Source: Nitrospinaceae bacterium
GTDB taxonomy: Bacteria; Nitrospinota; Nitrospinia; Nitrospinales; Nitrospinaceae
Direction: 5' to 3'
Assembly: GCA_024644405.1 (NCBI GenBank)
Contig: JAHELC010000001.1
Coordinates: forward strand, 8,854-72,853
DNA length: 64,000 nucleotides
Positions 28,852 through 39,228 of this stretch are shown piece after piece (positions within the stretch are counted from its first letter, which is position 1; each line of letters starts with the position of its first letter). The notes under the pieces are model-generated. The model did no database searches. It saw only the letters and a program-made list of their open reading frames with translations, and had not been told where the DNA came from. The translations under genes and the position numbers were made by a program.

Positions 28852-29488
28852 CTTCCTGCAAGTCGATTTTGAAAAACCGGACACTTCCAGCAAGGCCATC
28901 AAAAAGATCCAATCCGTTTTGAATTCCGGCGGGGTGATCGCGTTTCCCACGGATACGTTTTACGGTCTGGGGGCCGACCCCTTCAATCCCGAAGCCCTCT
29001 CCAAAATCTTTCGAATCAAGCAACGTCCGCCGGACAAACCGCTGTTGTTGCTGATTCACTCCCCCGACCAATTAAAAGACCTGGCCCGGGAGGTGACAGA
29101 TAACGCCCGCACGCTGATGGACCGTTTCTGGCCCGGACCCTTGACTCTCATATACAAAGCGACACCCGGACTGCCGGATGCGTTGACCGCTGGTACAAAC
29201 ACAATTGGAATGCGTCTGCCGGATCATCAGTTCACCCGCCGGTTGCTTGAAGAATTAGACCAGCCGTTGACCGCACCCAGCGCCAATATCAGCGGAGCCG
29301 GGGAACTCAGAACGGCGCAGGAAGTCGAACAGGTTTTGGGAGCGGAATTAGACTTGATCGTCGATGGCGGCCCGGCGCCGGGAGGAAAAGTGTCCACCGT
29401 CCTCGATACCACCACGAACCCGCCCACTCTTATCCGGGAGGGAGCCGTGTCCCGCAGTGATTTGGAATCGGTTCTCCCGGTGCATTAG
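28844..29488 (+). CDS. tsaC: L-threonylcarbamoyladenylate synthase (Sua5/YciO/YrdC/YwlC family)
   Basis: 214 aa. It has 'GGVIAFPTDTFYGLGADPFN', 'RIKQRPPDKPL' and 'APSANISG'. Confidence 0.86.
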   Translation: MANFLQVDFEKPDTSSKAIKKIQSVLNSGGVIAFPTDTFYGLGADPFNPEALSKIFRIKQRPPDKPLLLLIHSPDQLKDLAREVTDNARTLMDRFWPGPLTLIYKATPGLPDALTAGTNTIGMRLPDHQFTRRLLEELDQPLTAPSANISGAGELRTAQEVEQVLGAELDLIVDGGPAPGGKVSTVLDTTTNPPTLIREGAVSRSDLESVLPVH

Positions 29489-29592
29489 AGATCACTTTTA
29501 GGCGAACTCCAAAATTGAGGCTTACGAATTCTCCCGTCATGCCCTATAATAATTGCATTCGAAACGAATCAATTCACACGCAGGGAGACAGC

Positions 29593-29973
29593 ATGATTCA
29601 TGGAACGGGAGTGGACCTCATCGAAATTTCCCGGATCAAAAATTCGATTCAGAAGTATTCCGGGAAATTCGAAGAACGGGTGTTCACTTCGAAAGAAATC
29701 GATTACTGTCGCTCCAAAGCCGATCCGTTCAAACATTTTGCCGCCCGATTCGCCGCCAAGGAAGCGGTGCTTAAATCGCTGGGTACGGGTATGGCGGAGG
29801 GCATCGCCTGGAAAGATATGGAAATTCTGAACCAGGAATCGGGTCAGCCGATACTGAGCCTGAGTGGCAAAGGCCGGGACATCTTCAATTCACTGAACTT
29901 GAGGGATATCCATATTTCCATCACCCATGACAAACAATACGCTGTCGCCCAGGCCATTGCGGAAATGAATTGA
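29593..29973 (+). CDS. acpS: Holo-[acyl-carrier-protein] synthase
   Basis: 126 aa from ATG 29593, with a GGGAGA SD upstream. 'GTGVDLIEISRI', 'FAAKEAVLKSLG' and 'ISITHD' are AcpS signatures. The longer track ORF start at 29515 is unlikely. Confidence 0.9.
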   Translation: MIHGTGVDLIEISRIKNSIQKYSGKFEERVFTSKEIDYCRSKADPFKHFAARFAAKEAVLKSLGTGMAEGIAWKDMEILNQESGQPILSLSGKGRDIFNSLNLRDIHISITHDKQYAVAQAIAEMN

Positions 29974-30046
29974 CCTGCCGGACGTCCGCCACACGTTCCG
30001 GTGCTTGCTGTTGAACACAAACCTTCCTTAATACTTAGAGTTTCCA

Positions 30047-30988
30047 TTGGACCGCCGCCAGACAATCCCTAAAAAAATCCGTTATTTCCTCGAATACGTG
30101 TTCTTTCGTATCATCCTGTTCGCCATTCAGAATCTTACCGAAGGCATGATTTTCAGATTGGGACAATTTTCGGGAACGGTGGTTTATTATTGTTCTCCCA
30201 AGCGCCGCAAAATCGCGCGGATCAATCTCGACATCGCCTTCGGCGATTCAAAAACTCCGGAGGAAAAAAACCGCATCACCCGGCAATCAATGATTTATAT
30301 GGTCGTCCATGCCCTGCAGTGTTTGTGGATTACCCGCAATACTGAAGAGCGGGTCCACCGGTTGTTCCCCACCGAACCCGAAAAACTGGAATATTTACTC
30401 GATATTCTCAAACGGGGTAAAGGAGTGTTCTTCCTGATGGCTCATTACGGTAACTGGGAGGCTCTTGGGATCTTTTTCGGTTACTCAAAATATTGCAAAC
30501 TCTGCTCGATTGCGCGCAAGTTTGACAACCCATATCTCGAGAATTTTATTATGCGATTAAGGACCCTGTCGGGAAGCCGGATTTTCCACAAAGAGGAATC
30601 TCCCCTTAAAATGGTTCGCGCTCTGAAACAAAATTCCTGCGTGGCGGTAATGATGGATCAAAATGGAGGGATTGGGGGATTATTTGTGGATTTTTTTGGG
30701 AAAAAAGCCGCAACACCGCGTTCTTTAGCCATGCTGAGCCGCTCGACCCACGCCGCCGTGATCCCGCTCATTCCCTACCCGCTTGAAAACGGAAGGTACA
30801 AAGCCATTTTTCTTCCCGAGCTTAAGCTGGAAGAAACCGGCGACAAAAAAAAGGATATTTTCCGATGGACGGAAGAATACCAGAAGACGCTGGAGAAAGT
30901 CATTCGGGAGCACCCGGAGCCGTGGATGTGGTTTCACCGGCGATGGAAGTCGCGTCCTCCGGAAGAGGGACACAATACCATTTATTGA
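30047..30988 (+). CDS. Lipid A biosynthesis (Kdo)2-lipid IVA acyltransferase family protein (LpxL/HtrB-like)
   Basis: 313 aa with a TTG start and an N-terminal TM segment. 'ARINLDIAF' and 'MAHYGNWE' (the H-x4-E acyltransferase motif) are typical of the LpxL/LpxM/LpxP family. Confidence 0.75.
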   Translation: MDRRQTIPKKIRYFLEYVFFRIILFAIQNLTEGMIFRLGQFSGTVVYYCSPKRRKIARINLDIAFGDSKTPEEKNRITRQSMIYMVVHALQCLWITRNTEERVHRLFPTEPEKLEYLLDILKRGKGVFFLMAHYGNWEALGIFFGYSKYCKLCSIARKFDNPYLENFIMRLRTLSGSRIFHKEESPLKMVRALKQNSCVAVMMDQNGGIGGLFVDFFGKKAATPRSLAMLSRSTHAAVIPLIPYPLENGRYKAIFLPELKLEETGDKKKDIFRWTEEYQKTLEKVIREHPEPWMWFHRRWKSRPPEEGHNTIY

Positions 30989-31031
30989 AACGCAAACAAC
31001 TGGAATGTCTCCTCAATTTTTCAGATCCGAT

Positions 31032-31793
31032 TCAAGACTCTTCGGCAATCAGGGATTTTAATTTGGTGCGCAGGCGGTACACGGCTTTGGAGTGGATCTG
31101 GGAGATACGCGATTCGGTGATCCCCAACACCTCCCCGATCTCTTTCATTGTCAATTCTTCATAATAATAAAGAGACACCATCAACCGTTCTTTTTCGGGC
31201 AGCGAGTCGATCGCAGATGCGATCAGGGTTTTCAGTTCGTTCAATCGGAGCTGGGTTTGCGGGTCCACATCCCCTTTTCCCGCCAGAGTATCGAGCAGGT
31301 TCTGCTTGTCTCCGGAATCGCTGGCGATTCCCAAATCATCCAGGCTCAGCAGAGGCATGTTGCGCGTTTCATTGATAGTATCGAATAGTTCTTCCAAAGT
31401 AATTTCCATTTCTACCGCCATCTCCTCGTCTTCAGGGGGCCGACCGAGTTTCGATTGTAGTTTGCTGGCGACCGCATCCAGATGGGACGCCTTTTGTCGG
31501 ACCGACCGCGGCACCCAATCCAGTGACCGCAGTTCGTCCAGAATAGAACCCCTTACGCGAAATTCGGCATAAGTCTTGAACTTCGCCCCCCGGGTCGGGT
31601 CGTATTTTTCGATGGCATCCATCAACCCGATGGCTCCCACGCTGATCAGGTCATCCACTTCAATATGCGGCGGCAGTCGCAGAGCAATCCGGTTCGCCAC
31701 ATATTTAATCATGGGAGAATACTCTTGAACGATCTGATCCGTATTCTCCGGACAAATCTCTATCTCTTCTTTTGCTTGGGGTTTTCCAGCCAT
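31032..31793 (-). CDS. fliA: Flagellar RNA polymerase sigma factor FliA (sigma-28)
   Basis: 253 aa. Sigma-70 region 2 is 'DDLISVGAIGLMDAIEKYDPTRGAKFKTYAEFRVRGSILDELR'. The region 4 HTH is 'LTMKEIGEVLGITESRISQIHSKAV'. The gene lies downstream of flhF-flhG. Confidence 0.9.
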   Translation of the reverse strand: MAGKPQAKEEIEICPENTDQIVQEYSPMIKYVANRIALRLPPHIEVDDLISVGAIGLMDAIEKYDPTRGAKFKTYAEFRVRGSILDELRSLDWVPRSVRQKASHLDAVASKLQSKLGRPPEDEEMAVEMEITLEELFDTINETRNMPLLSLDDLGIASDSGDKQNLLDTLAGKGDVDPQTQLRLNELKTLIASAIDSLPEKERLMVSLYYYEELTMKEIGEVLGITESRISQIHSKAVYRLRTKLKSLIAEES

Positions 31794-31807
31794 TCAGGGC
31801 CTCTCCA

Positions 31808-32050
31808 TCAGGCGGTTTGATCCAGGTTGATACCTTTATCTTTGCCTCCCCCCAGGCGTTCTTCTGATTTCATGGCGGTCCATCCCCGCAAAATCAACCA
31901 AGTCAACAAACCAAAAACTGCAAATCCTTCCAATCCTCTAATAAAAGAGGAAAACAATCGGGCTCCATAAACCCAGCTTCCGAAAAAAATCAACGTGAAC
32001 GCAAACAGGCCTGCCACCACAGAAATTTTCTTTATCGACGTACGACTCAT
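31808..32050 (-). CDS. Small two-TM membrane protein (hypothetical), translationally coupled to flhG
   Basis: 80 aa with two hydrophobic helices. Its ATG overlaps the flhG stop (ATGA at 32047-32050). It sits between flhG and fliA. Confidence 0.45.
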   Translation of the reverse strand: MSRTSIKKISVVAGLFAFTLIFFGSWVYGARLFSSFIRGLEGFAVFGLLTWLILRGWTAMKSEERLGGGKDKGINLDQTA

Positions 32051-32934
32051 CTCACCTCAAAAACGTTTTTCCAGTAAAAAGGGCGGTCCCCTTCTTCCGG
32101 AATGCGGTTACGGGTTTCAATCACCTTTTCACTGAGACGAAGGATGCACTGGCTGACTTGGGAATGCGGATACAATTCCACCACCGGCTTCTGCTGGCGG
32201 ACGGAACGGGTGACATTCTCATCGTAGAGAATATATCCGAAGTACTCGAGCGAAACGTGAGAAAGAAAACGGTCCACCACATCGGTCAACCGCCGGTAAA
32301 TTTCCAGCGCTTCTCTTTCCGATTTTACGGAATTGATAATGAGCTGAAACTTTTTCTGATTGTGTTTCTGGAACAGCACTTTGATCAAGGCATAGACATC
32401 GGTATGCGAAGTCGGCTCCGGCGTTGCTACCAGCAGGGTTTCATGCGCCGCACTGCAAAAGTAAGTAACGTTGGAGGAAATGCCCGCTCCGGTATCGAAG
32501 ATGAGGTAATCGTAATCCCCCATCAAGCGGTCCAGCTCTTCCAGCAGCACCATCTTTTTCTCGTTATCGAGGGTGGTCAATTCCTGCCAGCCATTGCTGG
32601 CGGGGAGCACTTTAAGTCCCCGAGGCCCTTCGACCAGAACTTCCTCCAGGGTTTTCTCGCCGTTAAACACGTGACCGATGTGATAGCGGGGCGCCAGGCC
32701 CAAAAGAATATCGATATTGTTCAACCCGATATCCGCATCGAAAATGAGCACCCGGTTGCCTTTCCGGGTTAAGGCCATGGCAAGGTTGGCTACCACGTTG
32801 GTTTTGCCTACGCCCCCCTTGCCGCTGCTGACAGCCAGAACTTTCGACGGCATTTCACTCTGCCTCTTACCCATCACTCTCCTCAAGGTGTCGGCCTGCC
32901 GGCCTGCTTTTCCAATTACTCCTGTAAAAACCAT
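32047..32934 (-). CDS. flhG: Flagellar number regulator FlhG (MinD/ParA-type ATPase)
   Basis: It has the deviant Walker A 'SSGKGGVGKTNVVANLA' and lies downstream of flhF. The start may instead be the internal MGKRQ. Confidence 0.88.
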   Translation of the reverse strand: MVFTGVIGKAGRQADTLRRVMGKRQSEMPSKVLAVSSGKGGVGKTNVVANLAMALTRKGNRVLIFDADIGLNNIDILLGLAPRYHIGHVFNGEKTLEEVLVEGPRGLKVLPASNGWQELTTLDNEKKMVLLEELDRLMGDYDYLIFDTGAGISSNVTYFCSAAHETLLVATPEPTSHTDVYALIKVLFQKHNQKKFQLIINSVKSEREALEIYRRLTDVVDRFLSHVSLEYFGYILYDENVTRSVRQQKPVVELYPHSQVSQCILRLSEKVIETRNRIPEEGDRPFYWKNVFEVR

Positions 32935-32962
32935 AACTTAGCCTTTTCACTTTAAGCCCAAA

Positions 32963-34060
32963 TCAATTAAAAATCAAACGAATAACCTTATCCTGCGCCG
33001 CCACTTCAATATCTTCGGGCACGCTCTGTCCGGTGGTGAAATACGAAAACGGAATTTGGTACCGGACCGAGCAGTTGAACAACAAGCCGAAATGCACCGC
33101 TTCATCCAGTTTGGTGAATAGCATCCGGTCGATTCCCAAAGGTGCAAACTGCTTGAAGCATTCAATGACCACCGACTCTTGCGCCGTGGCGCTTTGCACC
33201 AGGTGGACTTCGACCTGGGGCGCAGCTTCCAACACCTGCTTCAAACGCTTGCAGTAATCCAAATCGCGATGCGACTTGCCCATGGTATCGACCAGGATGA
33301 CATCCTTATCTTCGTGCTCCCGCATGATTCGCTCAAATTCATTGCGATCGGCCGCCAGGGATACCGGAACCTGCATCAGTTCGCCATACGACTCCAGCTG
33401 TTCCCACGCGCCCATGCGATAGGTGTCCAGAGAAACCATGGCCACCTTTTTTTTCTGCTGAAGCGCGAACCGGGCCGCCAGTTTGGCAATGGTGGTGGTC
33501 TTGCCGGCCCCGGTGGGACCTACCAGCGCCACTACCTTGGGCCGGGCCGATTCCAGCCGAATCGGCCCCTCACACTTCACAGCCTCCTTCATGAGTGCGG
33601 CAAGATCGCTCTCGCCCATAAAAGAGTCCCCCTCCTCCCTTTGTTTTCGTTCGTGAATCGTTTCAAAAATCCGGGTGGCCACCCGATCGTTTACCCCGCG
33701 GCCGATCAGCTTTTCGTAGACCGGCAACAAAGTTTCATTCAGACCCAGGGATTTGGCTTTATCCGTCTGGGTCAGCAAGGATGCAATCAGGACGCGGAGT
33801 TCGCGGATCTCTCCACCGTTGTCGCCTGGCATCCATTCTTTTTCACTCGAGATTTTTTCGACAACGGCAACAGTTTCCCGGTGGGCATCGTTATCCAGCG
33901 CGGCGGTAATTTCCACCAGGGAAGAACATTGCCCGGCATCCGGGTCTTTATTGAATTTGATGGACCGGGTCGAAAGCACCATGGCGTTCTCTCCCAGTTC
34001 ACTTTTCACCCGGCCCAGGGCCTCGCCGTAACTGTTGGCAATTACTTTTTTAATTCGCAT
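32963..34060 (-). CDS. flhF: Flagellar biosynthesis GTPase FlhF (SRP-type)
   Basis: 365 aa. 'VALVGPTGAGKTTTIAKLA', 'DTMGKS' and 'TKLDE' are SRP-GTPase motifs. It lies between flhA and flhG. Confidence 0.88.
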   Translation of the reverse strand: MRIKKVIANSYGEALGRVKSELGENAMVLSTRSIKFNKDPDAGQCSSLVEITAALDNDAHRETVAVVEKISSEKEWMPGDNGGEIRELRVLIASLLTQTDKAKSLGLNETLLPVYEKLIGRGVNDRVATRIFETIHERKQREEGDSFMGESDLAALMKEAVKCEGPIRLESARPKVVALVGPTGAGKTTTIAKLAARFALQQKKKVAMVSLDTYRMGAWEQLESYGELMQVPVSLAADRNEFERIMREHEDKDVILVDTMGKSHRDLDYCKRLKQVLEAAPQVEVHLVQSATAQESVVIECFKQFAPLGIDRMLFTKLDEAVHFGLLFNCSVRYQIPFSYFTTGQSVPEDIEVAAQDKVIRLIFN

Positions 34061-36134
34061 TCAGCGTCACCACTCGTAAAGTTCGAATTTGAACGGTTGG
34101 CACTACTTCACTGTGGGAAAGCACCACCAGGTCCGGCAAAAACCGTTCGGTGAGTTTCCGCAAATACATCCGGACCAAAGGCGAGGCCAGCAGAACCGGT
34201 GCCGTCTCCAGCATCGGGGTGATGGCTTCCACCGCTTCCCGGATTTTGCCCAGTATTTTTTCTGCGACAGTCGGCTCCAGCGCCAGATAAGAACTCAGTT
34301 CCGTCTTCTGGATCGATTGCTGGATCAGTTGCTCCACATTCTGGTCCAGAGTCATCACCGAAAGCGACCCATCCTTCGCCAGATATTTATTGGTGATCGG
34401 CCGCGCCAGCGCCTGCCGAACGTACTCCGTCAACACATCCGTATCCTCCACCTTGGCCGCATAATCCGCCAGAGATTCCAATATGGTTCTCAAGTCCCGG
34501 ATGGAAATCTGTTCCCGCAAAAGATTCTGAAGCACCTTCTGCACTTTACCGAGCGTCATCAGGTTGGGCACCAGTTCTTCCACTACCTTCGGATTGGTTT
34601 CCTTGAATTTATCGAGCAGGGTCTGCACTTCCTGACGGCCCAGCAATTCCTGCGCATTGCGCTTGATGGTTTCCTTGATGTGAGTGGTGATGACTGTCGC
34701 CGGGTCGACCACGGTATACCCCGCCATTTGCGCTTCCTGTTTGGCCGAGGCGTTGATCCAGATCGAAGGCAGACCGAACGTCGGTTCCTGCGTTTTGACA
34801 CCGGGGATTTCCTTCTCGGTTTTTCCGGGACTCATTGCCAACAACCGGCCCGTCATGACAGACCCACGGGCCACTTCCACGCCCTTGATCACAATCGCGT
34901 AGTCGCTGGCCTTTAATTGCAGGTTATCCCGGATATGCAGGGGCGGCACAATGAAACCCAACTCCAACGCGAACTGCCTGCGCACGGACTTGATACGCTC
35001 CAGCAGTTCTCCGTTGCGGTCGGCATCGACCAGGGGAATCAACTCGTAACCCACTTCCAGTTCCATGACGTCCAAAGGCAAAATGGATTCCACCTTCTCT
35101 GGCAGCGGAGTTTTCTTTTCGTCATCAATTTTTTTCTGTTGGATACGTTCTTTTTTCTGCTGGCCCTGATACAACCGGTAGCTGATCCATCCCACCAGAG
35201 CGGACAACACAAAAAACGGAATGTGTGGCAGACCGGGAATGGTGCCGAAAAAGAATAATGCAGCCGCGGCAATGGAAAATGCCGCCGGGTTATTGGACAT
35301 TTGTCCGATCAATTCGTTGGGGAGGTTTTTATCCGTAGTGGCGCGGGTCACGATAATACCGGCGGCGGTGGAAACGACCAGTGCCGGGAGTTGAGTGACC
35401 AGGCCGTCACCGATGGTGAGCAGGGTATACACTTTTGCGGCTTCGGCCACCACCATGTCCTGTTGGAACACACCGATGGCAAAACCTCCAATCACATTGA
35501 TCAGTGTGATGAGGATACCGGCAATGGCGTCCCCCCGGACAAACCGGATGGAACCGTCCATCGCCCCGTAAAAATCCGCTTCCCGTTCCAACATCCGTCT
35601 CCGTATCCGCGCATCTTCTTCGGTGATGATCCCCGCGTTGAGATCGGCGTCGATACTCATCTGTTTGCCGGGAATGGCGTCCAGGGTAAACCGCGCGGCG
35701 ACTTCGGAGGTGCGGACCGAACCTTTGGTGATAACGATGAAGTTGATCAGCACCAGGATGATGAAAATCACCGCGCCGACGACATAATTGCCGCCCACCA
35801 CAAACGATCCAAAGGATTTGATCACCTGCCCTGCCGCCGCGGGCCCCTCGTTGCCATGCAAAAGAATGATGCGGGTGGACGCAACATTCAGCGACAGTCG
35901 GACCAGCGTCACCACCAGAAGCATCGACGGGAACACCGAAAACTCCAAAGGCGCCAGCATGAATATGGAGACGAGCAGGATGATCAGCGAAAAAGTGATG
36001 CTGAACGACAACAACAGGTCCAGCATGAAGGTCGGAATCGGGATCACCATCACCACCAGAATGCTGATGATACCGACGGCGACTGCCAGCTCTTGCGGAC
36101 GGGCGGACATGTAATTTTCTATACGACTGGCCAT
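34050..36134 (-). CDS. flhA: Flagellar type III export gate protein FlhA
   Basis: 694 aa. 'FPSMLLVVTLVRLSLNVASTRIIL', 'VVGGNYVVG' and 'RFTLDAIPGKQMSIDADL' are FHIPEP signatures. A large cytoplasmic C-domain follows. Confidence 0.95.
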   Translation of the reverse strand: MASRIENYMSARPQELAVAVGIISILVVMVIPIPTFMLDLLLSFSITFSLIILLVSIFMLAPLEFSVFPSMLLVVTLVRLSLNVASTRIILLHGNEGPAAAGQVIKSFGSFVVGGNYVVGAVIFIILVLINFIVITKGSVRTSEVAARFTLDAIPGKQMSIDADLNAGIITEEDARIRRRMLEREADFYGAMDGSIRFVRGDAIAGILITLINVIGGFAIGVFQQDMVVAEAAKVYTLLTIGDGLVTQLPALVVSTAAGIIVTRATTDKNLPNELIGQMSNNPAAFSIAAAALFFFGTIPGLPHIPFFVLSALVGWISYRLYQGQQKKERIQQKKIDDEKKTPLPEKVESILPLDVMELEVGYELIPLVDADRNGELLERIKSVRRQFALELGFIVPPLHIRDNLQLKASDYAIVIKGVEVARGSVMTGRLLAMSPGKTEKEIPGVKTQEPTFGLPSIWINASAKQEAQMAGYTVVDPATVITTHIKETIKRNAQELLGRQEVQTLLDKFKETNPKVVEELVPNLMTLGKVQKVLQNLLREQISIRDLRTILESLADYAAKVEDTDVLTEYVRQALARPITNKYLAKDGSLSVMTLDQNVEQLIQQSIQKTELSSYLALEPTVAEKILGKIREAVEAITPMLETAPVLLASPLVRMYLRKLTERFLPDLVVLSHSEVVPTVQIRTLRVVTLNAN

Positions 36135-36296
36135 ACTACCTATTTTTCACCCAAAAAATTGACGCACCCCGGATGCAGGCGCATGCTACTAAGTTATTAT
36201 ATTTAAAAGAGTTCCGCAAATACCGGTGACTCTGAAACCACTGCAAGCGCCAATAATTCAGGCAAATGGCGCCTTGAATAGGATCAAGTGCAATCT

Positions 36297-37373
36297 TTAT
36301 ACCAAGGTCTTTCCTTTCAACCGATAAACGTAAGCCAGGATTTCCGCCACCGCTTTATAGAGCTGGGCCGGGATCATCTGGCCGATATCCACCGTTTTGA
36401 ATAGCAGGCGGGCCAGCGGTTTGTCCTCGATCACGGGGATGTCATGCTCCCTGGCGAGTTCCCGTATTTTTTCCGCGACGACGCCTTTGCCCTTGGCCAC
36501 CACCATGGGCGCATCGGAATTCTCCTGATCGTATTGGATCGCCACCGAAATATGCGTCGGGTTGGTGATCACCACATCCGCTTCCGGCACGGCAGTCATC
36601 ATCCGGCGTTTCATCATTTCCATTTGCACATTGCGCACGCGTTGCTTGATTTGCGGATTCCCCTCCGTATCCTTCCGCTCGTCCTTTACTTCCTGTTTGG
36701 TCATGCGCAGGTTTTTCAGGTAGGTGAACCGTTGAAACAGATAATCGAGGAAGGCCAGAAAAATCATCGCCACCAAAACCTTAATCATGATTTCGAGCAT
36801 CACCTCCCCCATGAAGATCAGAATCTGGCCGACGCTCTTTCCCATCATGGGTGGAATTTCATCAAAGCGTCCCTGGATGGTGAAATAGGCAATTAACGAA
36901 ATGAGGGTTACCTTAAAAAGGGATTTAAACAACTCCATCAGTGAATTGCGGCTGAACAAACGCTTGAATCCGTTCAAGGGATTCATTTTATGAAACCGTG
37001 GCAGGAGTGGATGCATGGAAAACCGGACGCCTCCGGTCTGCACCAGGTTGGCAATCACCCCCCCCAACAGGATGGCAAACAAAATGGGACTGAGAATGGT
37101 AAAGGAGTGGTCCATCACCCACGCCAGCAACCCCCTCATGTCCACCAGGTTGGGCTGGATGGTATGAATCTGTGTGAATAAGTTGGTCCAGGTCGCCATC
37201 AGATGCCGGGTGCTGAACGCTCCCCCAATAGCGAACGCTAATATGGCGAACAGGAGTACGAATGCGGAAGTCAGTTCCCGGCTATGAGCAAAATTACCTT
37301 TTCCTTCGGCATCCTGGATCCGCTTTGCTGTCGGCTCTTCTGTTTTCTGATCGATATTGGTTTCTTCTGCCAT
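36297..37373 (-). CDS. flhB: Flagellar export switch protein FlhB
   Basis: 358 aa. 'EEPTAKRIQDAEGKGNFAHSRE' matches the FlhB N-terminus. The autocleavage site is 'VITNPTHISVAIQYD'. Confidence 0.93.
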   Translation of the reverse strand: MAEETNIDQKTEEPTAKRIQDAEGKGNFAHSRELTSAFVLLFAILAFAIGGAFSTRHLMATWTNLFTQIHTIQPNLVDMRGLLAWVMDHSFTILSPILFAILLGGVIANLVQTGGVRFSMHPLLPRFHKMNPLNGFKRLFSRNSLMELFKSLFKVTLISLIAYFTIQGRFDEIPPMMGKSVGQILIFMGEVMLEIMIKVLVAMIFLAFLDYLFQRFTYLKNLRMTKQEVKDERKDTEGNPQIKQRVRNVQMEMMKRRMMTAVPEADVVITNPTHISVAIQYDQENSDAPMVVAKGKGVVAEKIRELAREHDIPVIEDKPLARLLFKTVDIGQMIPAQLYKAVAEILAYVYRLKGKTLV

Positions 37374-37405
37374 AACCGGAATCCTTTAATATCTGCGATC
37401 GGAGA

Positions 37406-38191
37406 TCATTGGCTCATAGCGTGCATCAAGCCCATCAGCCAACTGGGTAATTGCGATATGTGCTGCGTCATCACCATGCTGAAAAAACTCATGGTGAGCC
37501 CCACCATTAAAAGTCCCACCCCGATCTGCAATGGAAACCCGACGATAAAAACGTTCATCTGCGGAACGGTGCGGGCCACCAGCCCCAGTCCCACGCTGAT
37601 AAAAAACAGAATTGCCATGATAGGTGCGGCGATTTTAACAGCCACCACAAACGTGGTCGCGAACAGTTTCAGGATCAGCGCCATGGTCCCGGAGGAAAAT
37701 CCGAATTGCTGGGGGTTGATCAGCTGAAAGCTCTCGACCAGTGCGTGAATGGTCAGGTGGTGTGCGTTCAGCGCCAGGTACAGTAGGATGGTGAAAATAT
37801 TCTGGAACTGGGCGGTGATGGAAACCTGGGTCTGGGTTTGCGGGTCGATCACGTTGACCACGCCGAATCCCATTTGAAAGTCCACCACCGTTCCGGCAAC
37901 CTGAACCGCCGTGAAAATCAACCGCGTGGCATAAGCAAGCACCAGACCCACGGTCGCCTCGGAAAATAAATAAATGGTAAAGTCGAGCAAACCTCTGGGT
38001 TCGACCATGGGCAAATGGCGGACCAGGGGAAAAACGCTCAGACTGAGAAGGAGAATGAAACCGAGTTTGATCCGGGCGGGAAACTGCTGGCTTCCCAAAA
38101 TGGGAACAAACACAATAAAAGCCGCGACCCGGACCAGAACGAAGATGAAGTGTTCAAAGTCGCCGTACGATAGGTTGAAGAGTTCCATCAC
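37406..38191 (-). CDS. fliR: Flagellar export gate protein FliR
   Basis: A 261-aa polytopic protein between fliQ and flhB. Its start overlaps the fliQ stop by 4 nt. Confidence 0.88.
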   Translation of the reverse strand: MMELFNLSYGDFEHFIFVLVRVAAFIVFVPILGSQQFPARIKLGFILLLSLSVFPLVRHLPMVEPRGLLDFTIYLFSEATVGLVLAYATRLIFTAVQVAGTVVDFQMGFGVVNVIDPQTQTQVSITAQFQNIFTILLYLALNAHHLTIHALVESFQLINPQQFGFSSGTMALILKLFATTFVVAVKIAAPIMAILFFISVGLGLVARTVPQMNVFIVGFPLQIGVGLLMVGLTMSFFSMVMTQHISQLPSWLMGLMHAMSQ

Positions 38192-38460
38192 CCAATATAA
38201 CTGGGGAAGTTCATCAGAACCTGTTCCGTAAAGCTCAGAATGATCCGCATGATCCAGGGGAAAAACAGGAACAGAGCCAGGAACACCGCCAGGATTTTGG
38301 GAATGAACGTCAGCGTCAACTCCTGGATGGAAGTGACCGCCTGAAAAATCGATATCACAAGCCCTGTGATCAGCCCGAAGCCCAGCATGGGAGCGGAAAT
38401 CAGGAGCGTCGTTTTGATGGAACTCATGGCAAAGTCCACGATGAATTGTTCAGTCATCAC
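38188..38460 (-). CDS. fliQ: Flagellar export gate protein FliQ
   Basis: 90 aa and two TM helices. 'LGFGLITGLVISIFQAVTSIQELTLTFIPKI' is FliQ-typical. Confidence 0.9.
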   Translation of the reverse strand: MMTEQFIVDFAMSSIKTTLLISAPMLGFGLITGLVISIFQAVTSIQELTLTFIPKILAVFLALFLFFPWIMRIILSFTEQVLMNFPSYIG

Positions 38461-38466
38461 GCCATC

Positions 38467-39228
38467 CTATGCAAAGCTTTTAACAAGGGAACCGACGGTC
38501 AAGTGCCAGCCGTCGACCATCACGAACAACATCAATTTAAACGGCAGGGAAATAAGCACAGGCGGCAGCATCATCATTCCCATGGAAAGCAGAATACTGG
38601 CCACGACCATATCAAGTATCAAAAACGGGATGTAAATCAGAAAACCGATTTGAAACGCCGTTTTCAGTTCGCTGATAACGAACGCGGGCACCACCGACTG
38701 GATTTTGACATCGTCCAGCGTCTCCGGCCGTTCTCCCTGATCCATATTGATGAACAGGGCCAGGTCCTTTTCGCGGGTCTGCTTCAACATAAAAGTTTTA
38801 ATGGGAGTTTGCGCCACTTCCAGCGCTTTGCCCTGTGTGATTTCTTCATTCAGATAAGGCTGCAGGGCCTTGTCGTTGATTTCTGACAGGACCGGGCTCA
38901 TCACAAAAAAGGTCAGGAACAGAGCCAGCCCGATCAACACCTGCGTTGGCGGCGTCTGCTGGGTCCCCATGGCCTGCCTGAGAAAAGACAGGACAATGAC
39001 AAAACGGGAAAACGAGGTCATCAGAATCAGGATCGATGGCGCCAGCGTCAATACCGTCAGCAGAAACATGACCTGCAAAGCGGTTGACAGGGTGCTGGGT
39101 TCCCCGGCATCCTCCACCCCGAACTGAACCGTGGGAACAGGTATGGCGAAGACTTCCTGAGGAACCGCCAGGTGAGCAAACACCCCTAGAACGGACACTG
39201 AAATTAAAATGAGCGCCGATCGTTTCAT
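38467..39228 (-). CDS. fliP: Flagellar export gate protein FliP
   Basis: 253 aa with a signal peptide. 'LTLAPSILILMTSFSRFVIVLSFLRQAMGTQQTPP' and 'GFLIYIPFLILDMVVASILLSMGMMMLPP' are FliP signatures. Confidence 0.93.
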   Translation of the reverse strand: MKRSALILISVSVLGVFAHLAVPQEVFAIPVPTVQFGVEDAGEPSTLSTALQVMFLLTVLTLAPSILILMTSFSRFVIVLSFLRQAMGTQQTPPTQVLIGLALFLTFFVMSPVLSEINDKALQPYLNEEITQGKALEVAQTPIKTFMLKQTREKDLALFINMDQGERPETLDDVKIQSVVPAFVISELKTAFQIGFLIYIPFLILDMVVASILLSMGMMMLPPVLISLPFKLMLFVMVDGWHLTVGSLVKSFA

